A stretch of DNA of 64,000 bases from positions 3,616,001 through 3,680,000 of the forward strand of contig JASGHG010000001.1 in assembly GCA_047602425.1 (NCBI GenBank), in the 5' to 3' direction. Both the position numbers and the translations under genes were made by a program. Shown here piece by piece: positions 41,885 through 50,454 of the stretch; the first letter of the stretch is position 1, and each line of letters starts with the position of its first letter. Source of the DNA: Nibricoccus sp. (lineage in GTDB: Bacteria > Verrucomicrobiota > Verrucomicrobiia > Opitutales > Opitutaceae). The notes below the pieces were generated by a model. The model searched no databases. It worked only from the letters and a program-made list of their open reading frames with translations, and was not told the origin of the DNA.

Positions 41885-43834
41885 TTAGTGTTTGGCGGAG
41901 GAATATGGATCGGCTTTTTCGCTTTCCGGATGCACATGATAACCGCCCGGCGCTTCGTGGGACCAGAGGTAGGCGCCGAGGAACGTCAGTCCGCCGCCGC
42001 AAATCGCGCCGATGTAATTGTGATGCGCCAGAAACAGGCCGCCGACGAGCATGCCGATGGCGGTGAGCAGCGGGAACCATGACTGGCTCGGCATGTGGAT
42101 GCCGCCGTGCTCGGACTCGGCCTTCGCGTGCTGAAGCGTTTCCTTGGCGATTTCCTCGCGGTTATGTTTCTCGTACCAAAAGGCGTCACGGGTGTGGACG
42201 GTGGGAGTGACGGCAAAATTATATTCAGGAGGCGGATTCGGAATGGCCCATTCCAGCGTGCGGCCATCCCAGGGATCGCGGCCGGATTTTTCGCCCTTGA
42301 AGTAGGTGTAGATCATCGTGGCGAAATAGATCGCGATACCGATGCCAAGGATGAAGGCGCCGACCGTGGCGATGAAGTTGGCCTGGTTCCATCCCATGTT
42401 GCCGTCGTACACGGCGGTCCGGCGCGGCATGCCGTTGAGGCCGAGGAAGTGCATGGGGAAGAACGTGGTGTTGAAGCCGACGAAGATGACCCAGAAGGAA
42501 AGTTTACCCCAGAACTCGGAAACCTTGCGGCCGAACATCAACGGGAACCAATAGTGAATGCCGGCGAGCAGCGCAAAAACCGAACCACCGATGAGAACGT
42601 AATGGAAATGGGCGACGACGAAGTAGCTGTCCTGTTGTTGTGCGTCGGCCGGGGCGGCCGAGTGCATGATGCCGGAAAAACCGCCCATCATGAACATCCA
42701 GATGAAGCCGAGGGCGAACATCATGGGCGTGCGCATCTGAAGATGGCCGCCCCACAGGGTGCCGATCCAGTTGAAGATTTTCACGCCGGTCGGAACCGCG
42801 ATGGCCATCGTCATGAGCGAAAAGGCCGCGGTGGCGACCGTGCCCATGCCGGTGGTGAACATGTGATGGCTCCAAACGCCGAAACCGAGGAAGCCGATGC
42901 AGGCGCCCGAGAAAACGACGATGGGGTAACCGAAGAGCGGCTTGCGCGAGAAGGTCGGGAGGATTTCCGAAATGACGCCCATCGCGGGGAGAATCAAAAT
43001 GTAGACTTCAGGGTGTCCGAAAACCCAGAAGAGATGCTGCCAAAGGATCGGGAGGCCGCCGGTCGACGCTTCGAAGAAACTGGTGGAGAAATTGCGGTCC
43101 ATCATCAACTCGACGAGCGCAATGGTGATCGCGGGAAACGACAGCACGATGAGGAAGGCGGTGATGAGCGTCATCCAGGTGAAAACCGGCAGGCGCATCA
43201 TCGTCATGCCCGGGGCGCGGAGATTGATGATCGTGACAATGAAATTGAGCGAGCCGACGACCGAAGAGACGCCGAGGATCTGCAGGCCCATGACCCAGAG
43301 ATCGGTCGAAACGTCGGTGGCAAACTGATTGGAAAACGCCTTCGAAGTGAGCGGCGCATAGCCGAACCAACCGACGTCGGGCGAGCCGGCTTTGACGAAC
43401 CAGCCGACATTGAGAATGATGGCGCCGGCGAGAAACACCCAGAAGGCGAAGCCGTTGAGCCGGGGGAAAGCCACGTCGCGCGCGCCGATTTGCAGCGGCA
43501 TGATGTAATTGAAGAACGCGGCCGAGAGCGGCATGACAGCGAGGAAGATCATCGTCGTCGCGTGCATCGTGAAGAGCTCGTTGTAGAGCTGGTGCGAAAC
43601 AAAAGTGTTGTTGGGCACCGCGAGCTGGATGCGGATCATCAGCGCTTCAACGCCGCCGACGAGGAAGAAGAACAGGGCGGAGATGCCGTACATGAGCCCG
43701 ATGCGCTTGTGGTCGACAGTGGTCAGCCAGCTGACGATTCCCGTTTTGGCCGTGGGGCGGTTGAAAAACCACGGGCGTTTTTCGGCCGTGTGGGCGTCGT
43801 GATGGGCGGGAGCGGTGGGCGCGATGGTATCCAT
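41885..43834 (-). CDS. ctaD: Cytochrome c oxidase subunit I (A1 family)
   Basis: TVDHKRIG, FTMHAT, FGHPEVY, VWSHHM, VAHFHY and GMPRR motifs. Confidence 0.98.
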   Translation of the reverse strand: MDTIAPTAPAHHDAHTAEKRPWFFNRPTAKTGIVSWLTTVDHKRIGLMYGISALFFFLVGGVEALMIRIQLAVPNNTFVSHQLYNELFTMHATTMIFLAVMPLSAAFFNYIMPLQIGARDVAFPRLNGFAFWVFLAGAIILNVGWFVKAGSPDVGWFGYAPLTSKAFSNQFATDVSTDLWVMGLQILGVSSVVGSLNFIVTIINLRAPGMTMMRLPVFTWMTLITAFLIVLSFPAITIALVELMMDRNFSTSFFEASTGGLPILWQHLFWVFGHPEVYILILPAMGVISEILPTFSRKPLFGYPIVVFSGACIGFLGFGVWSHHMFTTGMGTVATAAFSLMTMAIAVPTGVKIFNWIGTLWGGHLQMRTPMMFALGFIWMFMMGGFSGIMHSAAPADAQQQDSYFVVAHFHYVLIGGSVFALLAGIHYWFPLMFGRKVSEFWGKLSFWVIFVGFNTTFFPMHFLGLNGMPRRTAVYDGNMGWNQANFIATVGAFILGIGIAIYFATMIYTYFKGEKSGRDPWDGRTLEWAIPNPPPEYNFAVTPTVHTRDAFWYEKHNREEIAKETLQHAKAESEHGGIHMPSQSWFPLLTAIGMLVGGLFLAHHNYIGAICGGGLTFLGAYLWSHEAPGGYHVHPESEKADPYSSAKH

Positions 43835-43895
43835 GAACGGGCTAAAATTAGATCAGGCGACTGGGTGGCGAAGGGCGTGAGATGGCGACGCCGGA

Positions 43896-45182
43896 TTATT
43901 TGAGGCTTTGCAGATAGGCGACGAGCGCGGTGGCCTCGGTCTCGTCGATCTTGATGTTGGGGGAGAGATGGCCGGTGTTGATATCGCGCTTCATATAGCC
44001 GGTCATTACCGAGCCGCCCATGGGGACGCCGACGTACATCTTGTTGTTGGGTTTCACGCCGTTCGGGTCGGTGATCCAGCGACGGAGATTGTCGGGATTG
44101 TTTTCGAGCAGGCCGGCTGCGATCGTGGTGCGCGCGCCGACGTGCGTGAGGTCGGGTGCGGTGGTGCCGGCGCCGTCGTGGCCGCGAACGGTGTGGCAGC
44201 TGACGCAGGTTTTTTCGGTGAAAAGTTTCCGTCCGCGGGCGATGAGCGCCGGATCCTCGTTTTTCGCGGGGAATTGCTGCTGGCGCCAGTTATCGAACGG
44301 GCTGGCGTCGAACTGTTCGCTCCAGCCAGGCGCGTTGCGACGGAAGGAAAGGGAGGCGGGCTGGATCTTGAGGGTTTCGGTGGAAGCGGCCGCGGCGACG
44401 TTGCGGGCTGGCTGTTTTTGTTGGTTGAGCCAGTCGGCAAATTCCTTCGGGTCGAGGGCGATCACGCGGAAACGCATGACGGCATGGTCCTCGCCGCAGA
44501 ATTCGGCGCATTGTCCCCAGAAGTAGCCGGGCTGGTCGGCCTTCAGCCAGAGGTGGTTGCCGCGGTTAGGGATCATGTCGACCTTGCCGGCGAGCTTGGG
44601 GACCCAGAAACTATGAATCACGTCCGAGGTACGCAGATTGACGCGGACGGGGCGGCCGGCGGGTATGACCAGTTCGTTGGCTGCGACGAGTTGACCGGCG
44701 CCGTCGATCTTTTCGTTGGGATATTCGAAGCGAAACCACCATTGCAGGCCCGTGGCATTGACCTCGTACATGTTGGCCTTTTCCTCCTCGGGCACATCGT
44801 AGGTGTACCAAATCGCATGCAACGTGGGCACGGCGATGATCACCAAGGCGAAGATGGACGCGCCAATCAGGCTGAGCTCGATGAGGGGATTGCCGTGGCT
44901 CTGTGCGGGTGGTTCGGCATGTTCGTCGGCCGCGTTGCGCGCGCGGAATTTCAACGTCGCATAGGCCAGCACGCCTGCCACGAGCACAAAAATGATCCCG
45001 GTGACCCAGACCGTGGTGTAGAAAACCTGTAGCTGCGACTTGGCCACCGGGCCATGGGTGTCGAAGGTGGACTGCGGGCCTTGGATCCAGGACCAGCCGC
45101 CGAGCAGAAGCGGCGAAAGGCCAACCAAGGCAATTTGGCAAAGACGACGAAGCGAATGACGCGTGGAAGCGAACAGACTCAT
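43896..45182 (-). CDS. ctaC: Cytochrome c oxidase subunit II with fused cytochrome c (caa3-type)
   Basis: QWWFRFEY, DVIHSFWVP, CuA motif CAEFCGEDHAVM and heme c motif CVSCH. Confidence 0.96.
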   Translation of the reverse strand: MSLFASTRHSLRRLCQIALVGLSPLLLGGWSWIQGPQSTFDTHGPVAKSQLQVFYTTVWVTGIIFVLVAGVLAYATLKFRARNAADEHAEPPAQSHGNPLIELSLIGASIFALVIIAVPTLHAIWYTYDVPEEEKANMYEVNATGLQWWFRFEYPNEKIDGAGQLVAANELVIPAGRPVRVNLRTSDVIHSFWVPKLAGKVDMIPNRGNHLWLKADQPGYFWGQCAEFCGEDHAVMRFRVIALDPKEFADWLNQQKQPARNVAAAASTETLKIQPASLSFRRNAPGWSEQFDASPFDNWRQQQFPAKNEDPALIARGRKLFTEKTCVSCHTVRGHDGAGTTAPDLTHVGARTTIAAGLLENNPDNLRRWITDPNGVKPNNKMYVGVPMGGSVMTGYMKRDINTGHLSPNIKIDETEATALVAYLQSLK

Positions 45183-45345
45183 GAGAAAATTAGGCGTCGG
45201 GAACGGTGGTGTGGGGGTGGTGGTTACAGCGTTTTCAGAGCTCGGTCTATTTCAACTACTAAAGTCCGCCATAAGCCGATCTGATCTAGATTTGCGCCGA
45301 GTGTTAGCGTTGATTGTGGCGAAGCGCGAAAAATCGGGAGGCGCG

Positions 45346-45786
45346 TCACGGCGCGGGCCACCAATGGTAGAGGAAAAAGTAGACCAGCACGCCCGTAACC
45401 GAAACGTAGTACCAGAGCGGAAAGGTCCAACGCGCCCATTTGCGATGCGTCTCGAACCGGCCTTTCAATGCGAGGAAAACGGTTCGCAAAACCAGCGGCA
45501 CAATCGCCATGGCGAGGACGATGTGCGAGAGCAGCATCGTGAAATAAACCGTGCGGATTACCCCGGTTCCGCCGAAGCGCGTGGGTTCGCCTTTCTGCAC
45601 GTGATAGATCACGTAGCTGACGAGAAAAACCGTCGAAACGATCACAGCCCCAAGCATGCAGGCGCGATGAGCCGCGATCCGGCGGGTGCGAATGAAAGCA
45701 TAGCCAGCCGTCATGAACAGAGCCGACGTGGCGTTGAGACTGGCATTGAGCGCCGGAAAATCCTGGATCGTCATTTCAGCCAGCAT
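45346..45786 (-). CDS. DUF420 family membrane protein
   Basis: PALNASLN, HRACM, FLVSYVIYH and HRKWARWTFPLWYYVSVTG motifs; start coupled to the upstream stop. Confidence 0.9.
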   Translation of the reverse strand: MLAEMTIQDFPALNASLNATSALFMTAGYAFIRTRRIAAHRACMLGAVIVSTVFLVSYVIYHVQKGEPTRFGGTGVIRTVYFTMLLSHIVLAMAIVPLVLRTVFLALKGRFETHRKWARWTFPLWYYVSVTGVLVYFFLYHWWPAP

Positions 45787-46703
45787 CAGCTCAACAACCA
45801 GCGATCGGCCACGAGCGCTGCGAGTTGCAGCGGCAGCCAGATGATCGACGCAAAAAACAGACTGCGCGCGGTTTTTTCGCGTGACGAAGCGCGGAGGAAC
45901 GCTCCGGCTTTGTACACGAACCAGACGCCAAGGATAATAGAAACGCCCAAGTACCAACGACTGGCCAGGCCGAACAAGAACGGCGAGATCGCAGCACCGA
46001 CGGCGAGAGTGGTGTGCAACAGCGACCAGCGTGCCACCAACCGGCCGCTGGCGTCGCGCACGGGCAACATTGGAAAGTTGACCGCCTCGTAATCACGACG
46101 GTAGGTCCACGCGATCGCCATGAAGTGGGGGATTTGCCAGAAAAGCAGCACGCCAAACAGAATCCAGCCCAAGGGCTCGATCGGACCCGTCGCGGCCGCC
46201 GAACCGATCAACGGAGGAAATGCGCCGGCGACAGCCCCGATCTCGGTGGACCAGCGCGACCAGCGTTTGGCCGGCGTGTAGAGCGCGAGATACGAAACCA
46301 TGGTGGCAAGAGCGAAGAAGGCGGAAAGGCCATTGACCTTGGCGAAAAGGAGGCCGAGCCCGGCGACGCAAAGAGCCCAGCCGAGCACGAACGCTGCACC
46401 GGTGTTGACGCGGCCCGACGGAATCGGTCGGTCGGCGGTGCGTTTCATCAACGCGTCGGTGTCGCGTTCCATCCATTGGTTAAGTGAGGCGACCCCGGCG
46501 GCGGCGAACGACGTGCCGATCAGCATCGGAATGAAAACCACCAAATCGCACGAGCGGTGGGCGGCGAAATAGCCCACGACCGCCGTTATCACCGAAAGTA
46601 AACTCAGGCGTGGCTTGGTAAGCTCAAGATAGTCGCGAAAAGTGGCTCTGGGCGTTGTTTCGGCCAGACTGGGCGAAGGAAGCGGGAGCGCAACGGGGTT
46701 CAT
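45786..46703 (-). CDS. cyoE: Protoheme IX farnesyltransferase (heme o synthase)
   Basis: LTKPR, NQWMERDTDALMKRTADRP, YTPAKR and FWQIPHF motifs. Confidence 0.96.
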   Translation of the reverse strand: MNPVALPLPSPSLAETTPRATFRDYLELTKPRLSLLSVITAVVGYFAAHRSCDLVVFIPMLIGTSFAAAGVASLNQWMERDTDALMKRTADRPIPSGRVNTGAAFVLGWALCVAGLGLLFAKVNGLSAFFALATMVSYLALYTPAKRWSRWSTEIGAVAGAFPPLIGSAAATGPIEPLGWILFGVLLFWQIPHFMAIAWTYRRDYEAVNFPMLPVRDASGRLVARWSLLHTTLAVGAAISPFLFGLASRWYLGVSIILGVWFVYKAGAFLRASSREKTARSLFFASIIWLPLQLAALVADRWLLS

Positions 46704-47743
46704 GCGTGCTGATTGGCTGGAATCTGCGATGAGGAAAGTTTTTCGGCCACGATCGCGAACGCCTGTTTTTCAATGGCGTCCCGATGCAAGTACCAAGTAA
46801 TGAGGAATGTGGCGGCGAGCAAACTGGCCCCGACGATCACATGGGCGGTCGTGGTGTGCGGTTGACGCCCCGTCAGGACTACGGCGGCGCCGAGTGCGAT
46901 TTGAGCCACGAGGAGAACGATCAGCAGCACGGCGCCGTTTTTCATTTTGCGGGAAAGCCCTGCGGATCTCAGCAGCGCGGCTGAAAACCAAACAATGGCG
47001 ACCGCGAGAACCACAGCTGTGACGCGATGGGCGAAATGGATGCCTACGCGAAAATTCCACTCGGCGGGCAGCCAGCCGCCTTCCGGTGTGCTTTGTGGAA
47101 AAGACGGGATGGCGAGACCCGCGAAGCTGTGCCGCATGACGGCGGCGATGGCGAGTTGGAGCAAGAGCAGGGCGCAGCAGACGATTCCGAGAGTCCGCAA
47201 TGCCGGGGAGAAATTCTTTTTGTCGGCGGGGGCAGGTTCGACCCAGGACCGTGAGCAACCGGCAGCGATCGCCACGAGCGTACAGACGAAGATTTGCGCG
47301 AGACAGGCATGCGCCATGGCGAAAAGCCGGCCCACGCTGGTCTCGATCATTTCCACGTGCTGCTTTTCGAGCAGCACGCGCAGCCCGCCGACGAAGGCTT
47401 GCACGAAAATCAGGATCACGGCCACGGTCGCGGCGCGGCGCAGCCAACGACGTTCCTCGGTGCGCCAGACGGCCACAGCGATCGCGATGGTGATCATCGT
47501 CATCAATCCCGCGCTCAACCGGTGCGAGTGTTCCGCAAACATGGCGATGTTGCCGAGCCAGCCGGCCGGGTTGAGGGAACCATTGGACAGAGGCCAATCG
47601 GGGAAAACCATGCCCGCGCCAATGCTCGTCGTAAATGCGCCAAGCGTGACCAGCACGAACACCCAGGCGCTGCCCAACGTCGCAAACCAGGCTAGGCCGG
47701 GTTTGTATGAGCTGGTACGGTTTGACGCGGAAGCGGGGACCAT
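46700..47743 (-). CDS. ctaA: Heme A synthase (COX15/CtaA family)
   Basis: GAGMVFPDWP, EHSHR, AHACLAQ, HFAHR and TAHV motifs. Confidence 0.9.
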   Translation of the reverse strand: MVPASASNRTSSYKPGLAWFATLGSAWVFVLVTLGAFTTSIGAGMVFPDWPLSNGSLNPAGWLGNIAMFAEHSHRLSAGLMTMITIAIAVAVWRTEERRWLRRAATVAVILIFVQAFVGGLRVLLEKQHVEMIETSVGRLFAMAHACLAQIFVCTLVAIAAGCSRSWVEPAPADKKNFSPALRTLGIVCCALLLLQLAIAAVMRHSFAGLAIPSFPQSTPEGGWLPAEWNFRVGIHFAHRVTAVVLAVAIVWFSAALLRSAGLSRKMKNGAVLLIVLLVAQIALGAAVVLTGRQPHTTTAHVIVGASLLAATFLITWYLHRDAIEKQAFAIVAEKLSSSQIPANQHA

Positions 47744-47799
47744 GGGTTGCGAAACGAAGCGGTCTGCATACGATCCGCAAATTCCGAGGTCATTTTTCC

Positions 47800-48729
47800 A
47801 TGTCCAAACCCGTTGTTCGTAACAAAACTTATCTCAGGCTCACACTGCTAGTGAATCTTTTACTGGCGATCCTGCTGAGCCCGGGTTGTGCGAAGAAAAA
47901 TGACCAAGCCGCTGATTCGGCAAAAAGCGAACCGACGCAAAAACGCTATCCATTGACGGGCGAAGTGCTTGCCATCGACAATGCCGCCAAGACCCTTCGT
48001 GTGCGCCACGATGAAATCAAAGGACTTATGCCGGCCATGACCATGGACTTCGACGTTTCGGCGGGGGATCTGGCGATCGCGACTCCGGGCCGCCGAATTC
48101 GAGCCGAACTTGTGGAAATCGGCCAAGGGGAATTCAAATTGGAGAAAATCTGGCCGGCCGATGCGGCGGAAAAAGCCATCATCGACAGCGCGGCGAACGC
48201 CCTCGGTCAGGAAACAGTGATCCGGGGAAAAAAAGCCTACCGCGAAGTGGGCGAGCAGGTGCCGGAATTTGCGCTCTACGACCAAACCGGACGCGTGGTG
48301 AAAAGTGAGCGCTTTCGCGGCAAGCAGATCATGCTCAACTTCATTTTTACGCGATGCCAGGTCGCAAAAATGTGTCCGGCCGCCGTCGCGCGTTTTCAAC
48401 AATTGCAGCAACTTGCGCGCGATGCAGGGGTGGCGAACCTGGAGTTGATTTCGATTTCCCTCGATCCAGCCAACGACACACCCGGCGTGCTCAAGCAATA
48501 CGCCTTGGAGCGGCAAATCGATACGAGCAACTACACCTTTCTTACCGGCCCGGAAGCCTCGATCAAGAGCCTGCTCGCCCAATTCGGTGTGTTGGCCGAA
48601 TTTAAGGACAACATCCTGAACCACACCGCCACAACCTTGCTGATCGATGCGTCGGGTAAAATCGTGCACCGCGCGGACGGCAGCATGTGGGACGTGCAGG
48701 AATTTCTGGGTAAATTGAGAAAAACGTGA
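47800..48729 (+). CDS. SCO-family copper chaperone with N-terminal CusF-like domain
   Basis: Lipobox-like SPGC; HDEIKGLMPAMTMDF (CusF-like); FIFTRCQVAKMCP, ISLDPANDTP and LNHT (SCO). Confidence 0.88.
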   Translation: MSKPVVRNKTYLRLTLLVNLLLAILLSPGCAKKNDQAADSAKSEPTQKRYPLTGEVLAIDNAAKTLRVRHDEIKGLMPAMTMDFDVSAGDLAIATPGRRIRAELVEIGQGEFKLEKIWPADAAEKAIIDSAANALGQETVIRGKKAYREVGEQVPEFALYDQTGRVVKSERFRGKQIMLNFIFTRCQVAKMCPAAVARFQQLQQLARDAGVANLELISISLDPANDTPGVLKQYALERQIDTSNYTFLTGPEASIKSLLAQFGVLAEFKDNILNHTATTLLIDASGKIVHRADGSMWDVQEFLGKLRKT

Positions 48730-49685
48730 TCGCTCCCGAGCCAGGCCCATACACCAGCGCGGCAAAATCCACCTCGCGAATCCACTGGCGGCAAGTCGGG
48801 TGGATTACGCTCGCGGCCATTGTTCTCTATATTGTGGTTCGGCATTTGCCAACGGGGACGAACCTGAGCCACATGGATTTTCGCCCGGGCGGAAGCAGCG
48901 TGGAATTTTGCGACCCGGCGAATCCCCAGTTCATGCCGGTGACGACCGTGCGCTCTCCGGTTGCCATGGTTTTTACCGGTGACGAAGTGTTCGCGGCGCG
49001 GTCGGCGCATCTTGCGCTCGCCATGAAAACGGCAACTGGAAAGCCGGTTGGCCCTGACGACTTGTTGGTCGTGCACACGCAGAAACTGCATTTGATGATC
49101 GTGGATCCAACGCTTACCGACTACCAGCACCTGCATCCGCTGGCGGGAAAGAAGCCCGGCGAATGGCTCGTGGAATTCACACCGAAACGAGCCGGACTTT
49201 ATCGCGCATTTGCCGATTTCACTCCTGCCGCAACCGCGCGCGGTCTTTATGCGAGCGCGGATATTTTAGTGAAGGACTCATCCGCTGTACCGCGGGCGAA
49301 TGACGAAACGCCGACGGTGGCCGGGCCTGACGGAAGTATTCTGCGTGAAGGATTTCGTTTCACTCTTCAACCGCGCGAAAATCCGATGCGAGCGGGGAAG
49401 GTGCTCGATCTTACGTTTTCGGTAAAGCGTGAAGACGGAGCGGCGGTGCCGCTTCAGACCATCATGGGAGCCTTCGCTCATTTAGTCGCCTTTGACCAGG
49501 AACGCGGAGGTTTTGCACACCTGCATCCCAATGAAATCGATCTTGCCCAAAAGCCCGATGCGGTGCGTCCGACACTGAGCTTTAAGGTGACAATCCCCAA
49601 GGCCGGGCGCTACGTTGTTTGGGCGCAAGTGAATCTCGCGGGACAGGATACGGCGGTGCCTTTTTGGCTGGACGTGCAGCCTTGA
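48726..49685 (+). CDS. Membrane-anchored His-motif protein, putative metal-binding
   Basis: One TM segment; repeated HLMIVDPTLTDYQHLHP and GAFAHLV...FAHLHP motifs; located in a copper-related cluster. Confidence 0.7.
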   Translation: MIAPEPGPYTSAAKSTSRIHWRQVGWITLAAIVLYIVVRHLPTGTNLSHMDFRPGGSSVEFCDPANPQFMPVTTVRSPVAMVFTGDEVFAARSAHLALAMKTATGKPVGPDDLLVVHTQKLHLMIVDPTLTDYQHLHPLAGKKPGEWLVEFTPKRAGLYRAFADFTPAATARGLYASADILVKDSSAVPRANDETPTVAGPDGSILREGFRFTLQPRENPMRAGKVLDLTFSVKREDGAAVPLQTIMGAFAHLVAFDQERGGFAHLHPNEIDLAQKPDAVRPTLSFKVTIPKAGRYVVWAQVNLAGQDTAVPFWLDVQP

Positions 49686-49712
49686 CGGCGCGCGTAGGAA
49701 GCCGGGCGGGTG

Positions 49713-50399
49713 TTAGTTCTTTTTGGCGCTTCCGATGGTGAGCGTGTAAGGAATGAAAACGGCAATTTGCTCGTTGTTGATTGGACGTTGTTCGACCCGA
49801 TTTTCGAGACCGCCAAAGGTGACATCGGAATCGTTGAAAAGTTTTTTCAGTTTCGCGGCGTCGGCTGCGATCGCTTCGAGGACGGCGGTGCGCAAACTAT
49901 CGACGTCATTGACTTCGATCTGCATCGAATCGATCCGGACCGCCACGTCCGCAGGAAGTTTTAAGGCCCCGATCAAATTGCGGAGAACCTCGGCTGCTTC
50001 GGGCGCATTTTTACTGGTCGCGAGTGGATGGAGCAGCTTGAGATCGGAGCCGCTGCGTTGGGTATTGAATCTACCGGCCGCGTAGCTTGATGCGAACATG
50101 CTGGGTTCGCCGCCGCCGAAAAACATGCGTTCGTCTTTGATTTTGAGTGCGGGATTCTTGGCCACGGCGTTGCGGAGGACCTGAAGTCCCCTGGCAAAAT
50201 CGGCGGCCTGCTCCGCCGGGTTCCGCTTCGAAGCGGCGATGGTAATGTTGGCGACGAGAACGTCAGCCTCCTTAACGAGATGGACGGCGGGCGGCTCCGC
50301 GGGCGGTGGCATTTTCAAGCCCCAGAATGGATATTCCTGGGCCTGGGCGATGGACGAAACGACAACGAGGGCGAGAAAAGGAAGGAATGGGTTTTTCAC
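49713..50399 (-). CDS. Secreted hypothetical protein, weakly SIMPL/DUF541-like
   Basis: GTG start and signal peptide; LRTAVLEAIAADAAKL resembles the SIMPL helix. Confidence 0.55.
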   Translation of the reverse strand: MKNPFLPFLALVVVSSIAQAQEYPFWGLKMPPPAEPPAVHLVKEADVLVANITIAASKRNPAEQAADFARGLQVLRNAVAKNPALKIKDERMFFGGGEPSMFASSYAAGRFNTQRSGSDLKLLHPLATSKNAPEAAEVLRNLIGALKLPADVAVRIDSMQIEVNDVDSLRTAVLEAIAADAAKLKKLFNDSDVTFGGLENRVEQRPINNEQIAVFIPYTLTIGSAKKN

Positions 50400-50454
50400 G
50401 GGTTTTCAGGAAGTTTGACGAACGGGGTGAGTGACTCGACTCTGCTGTGACACC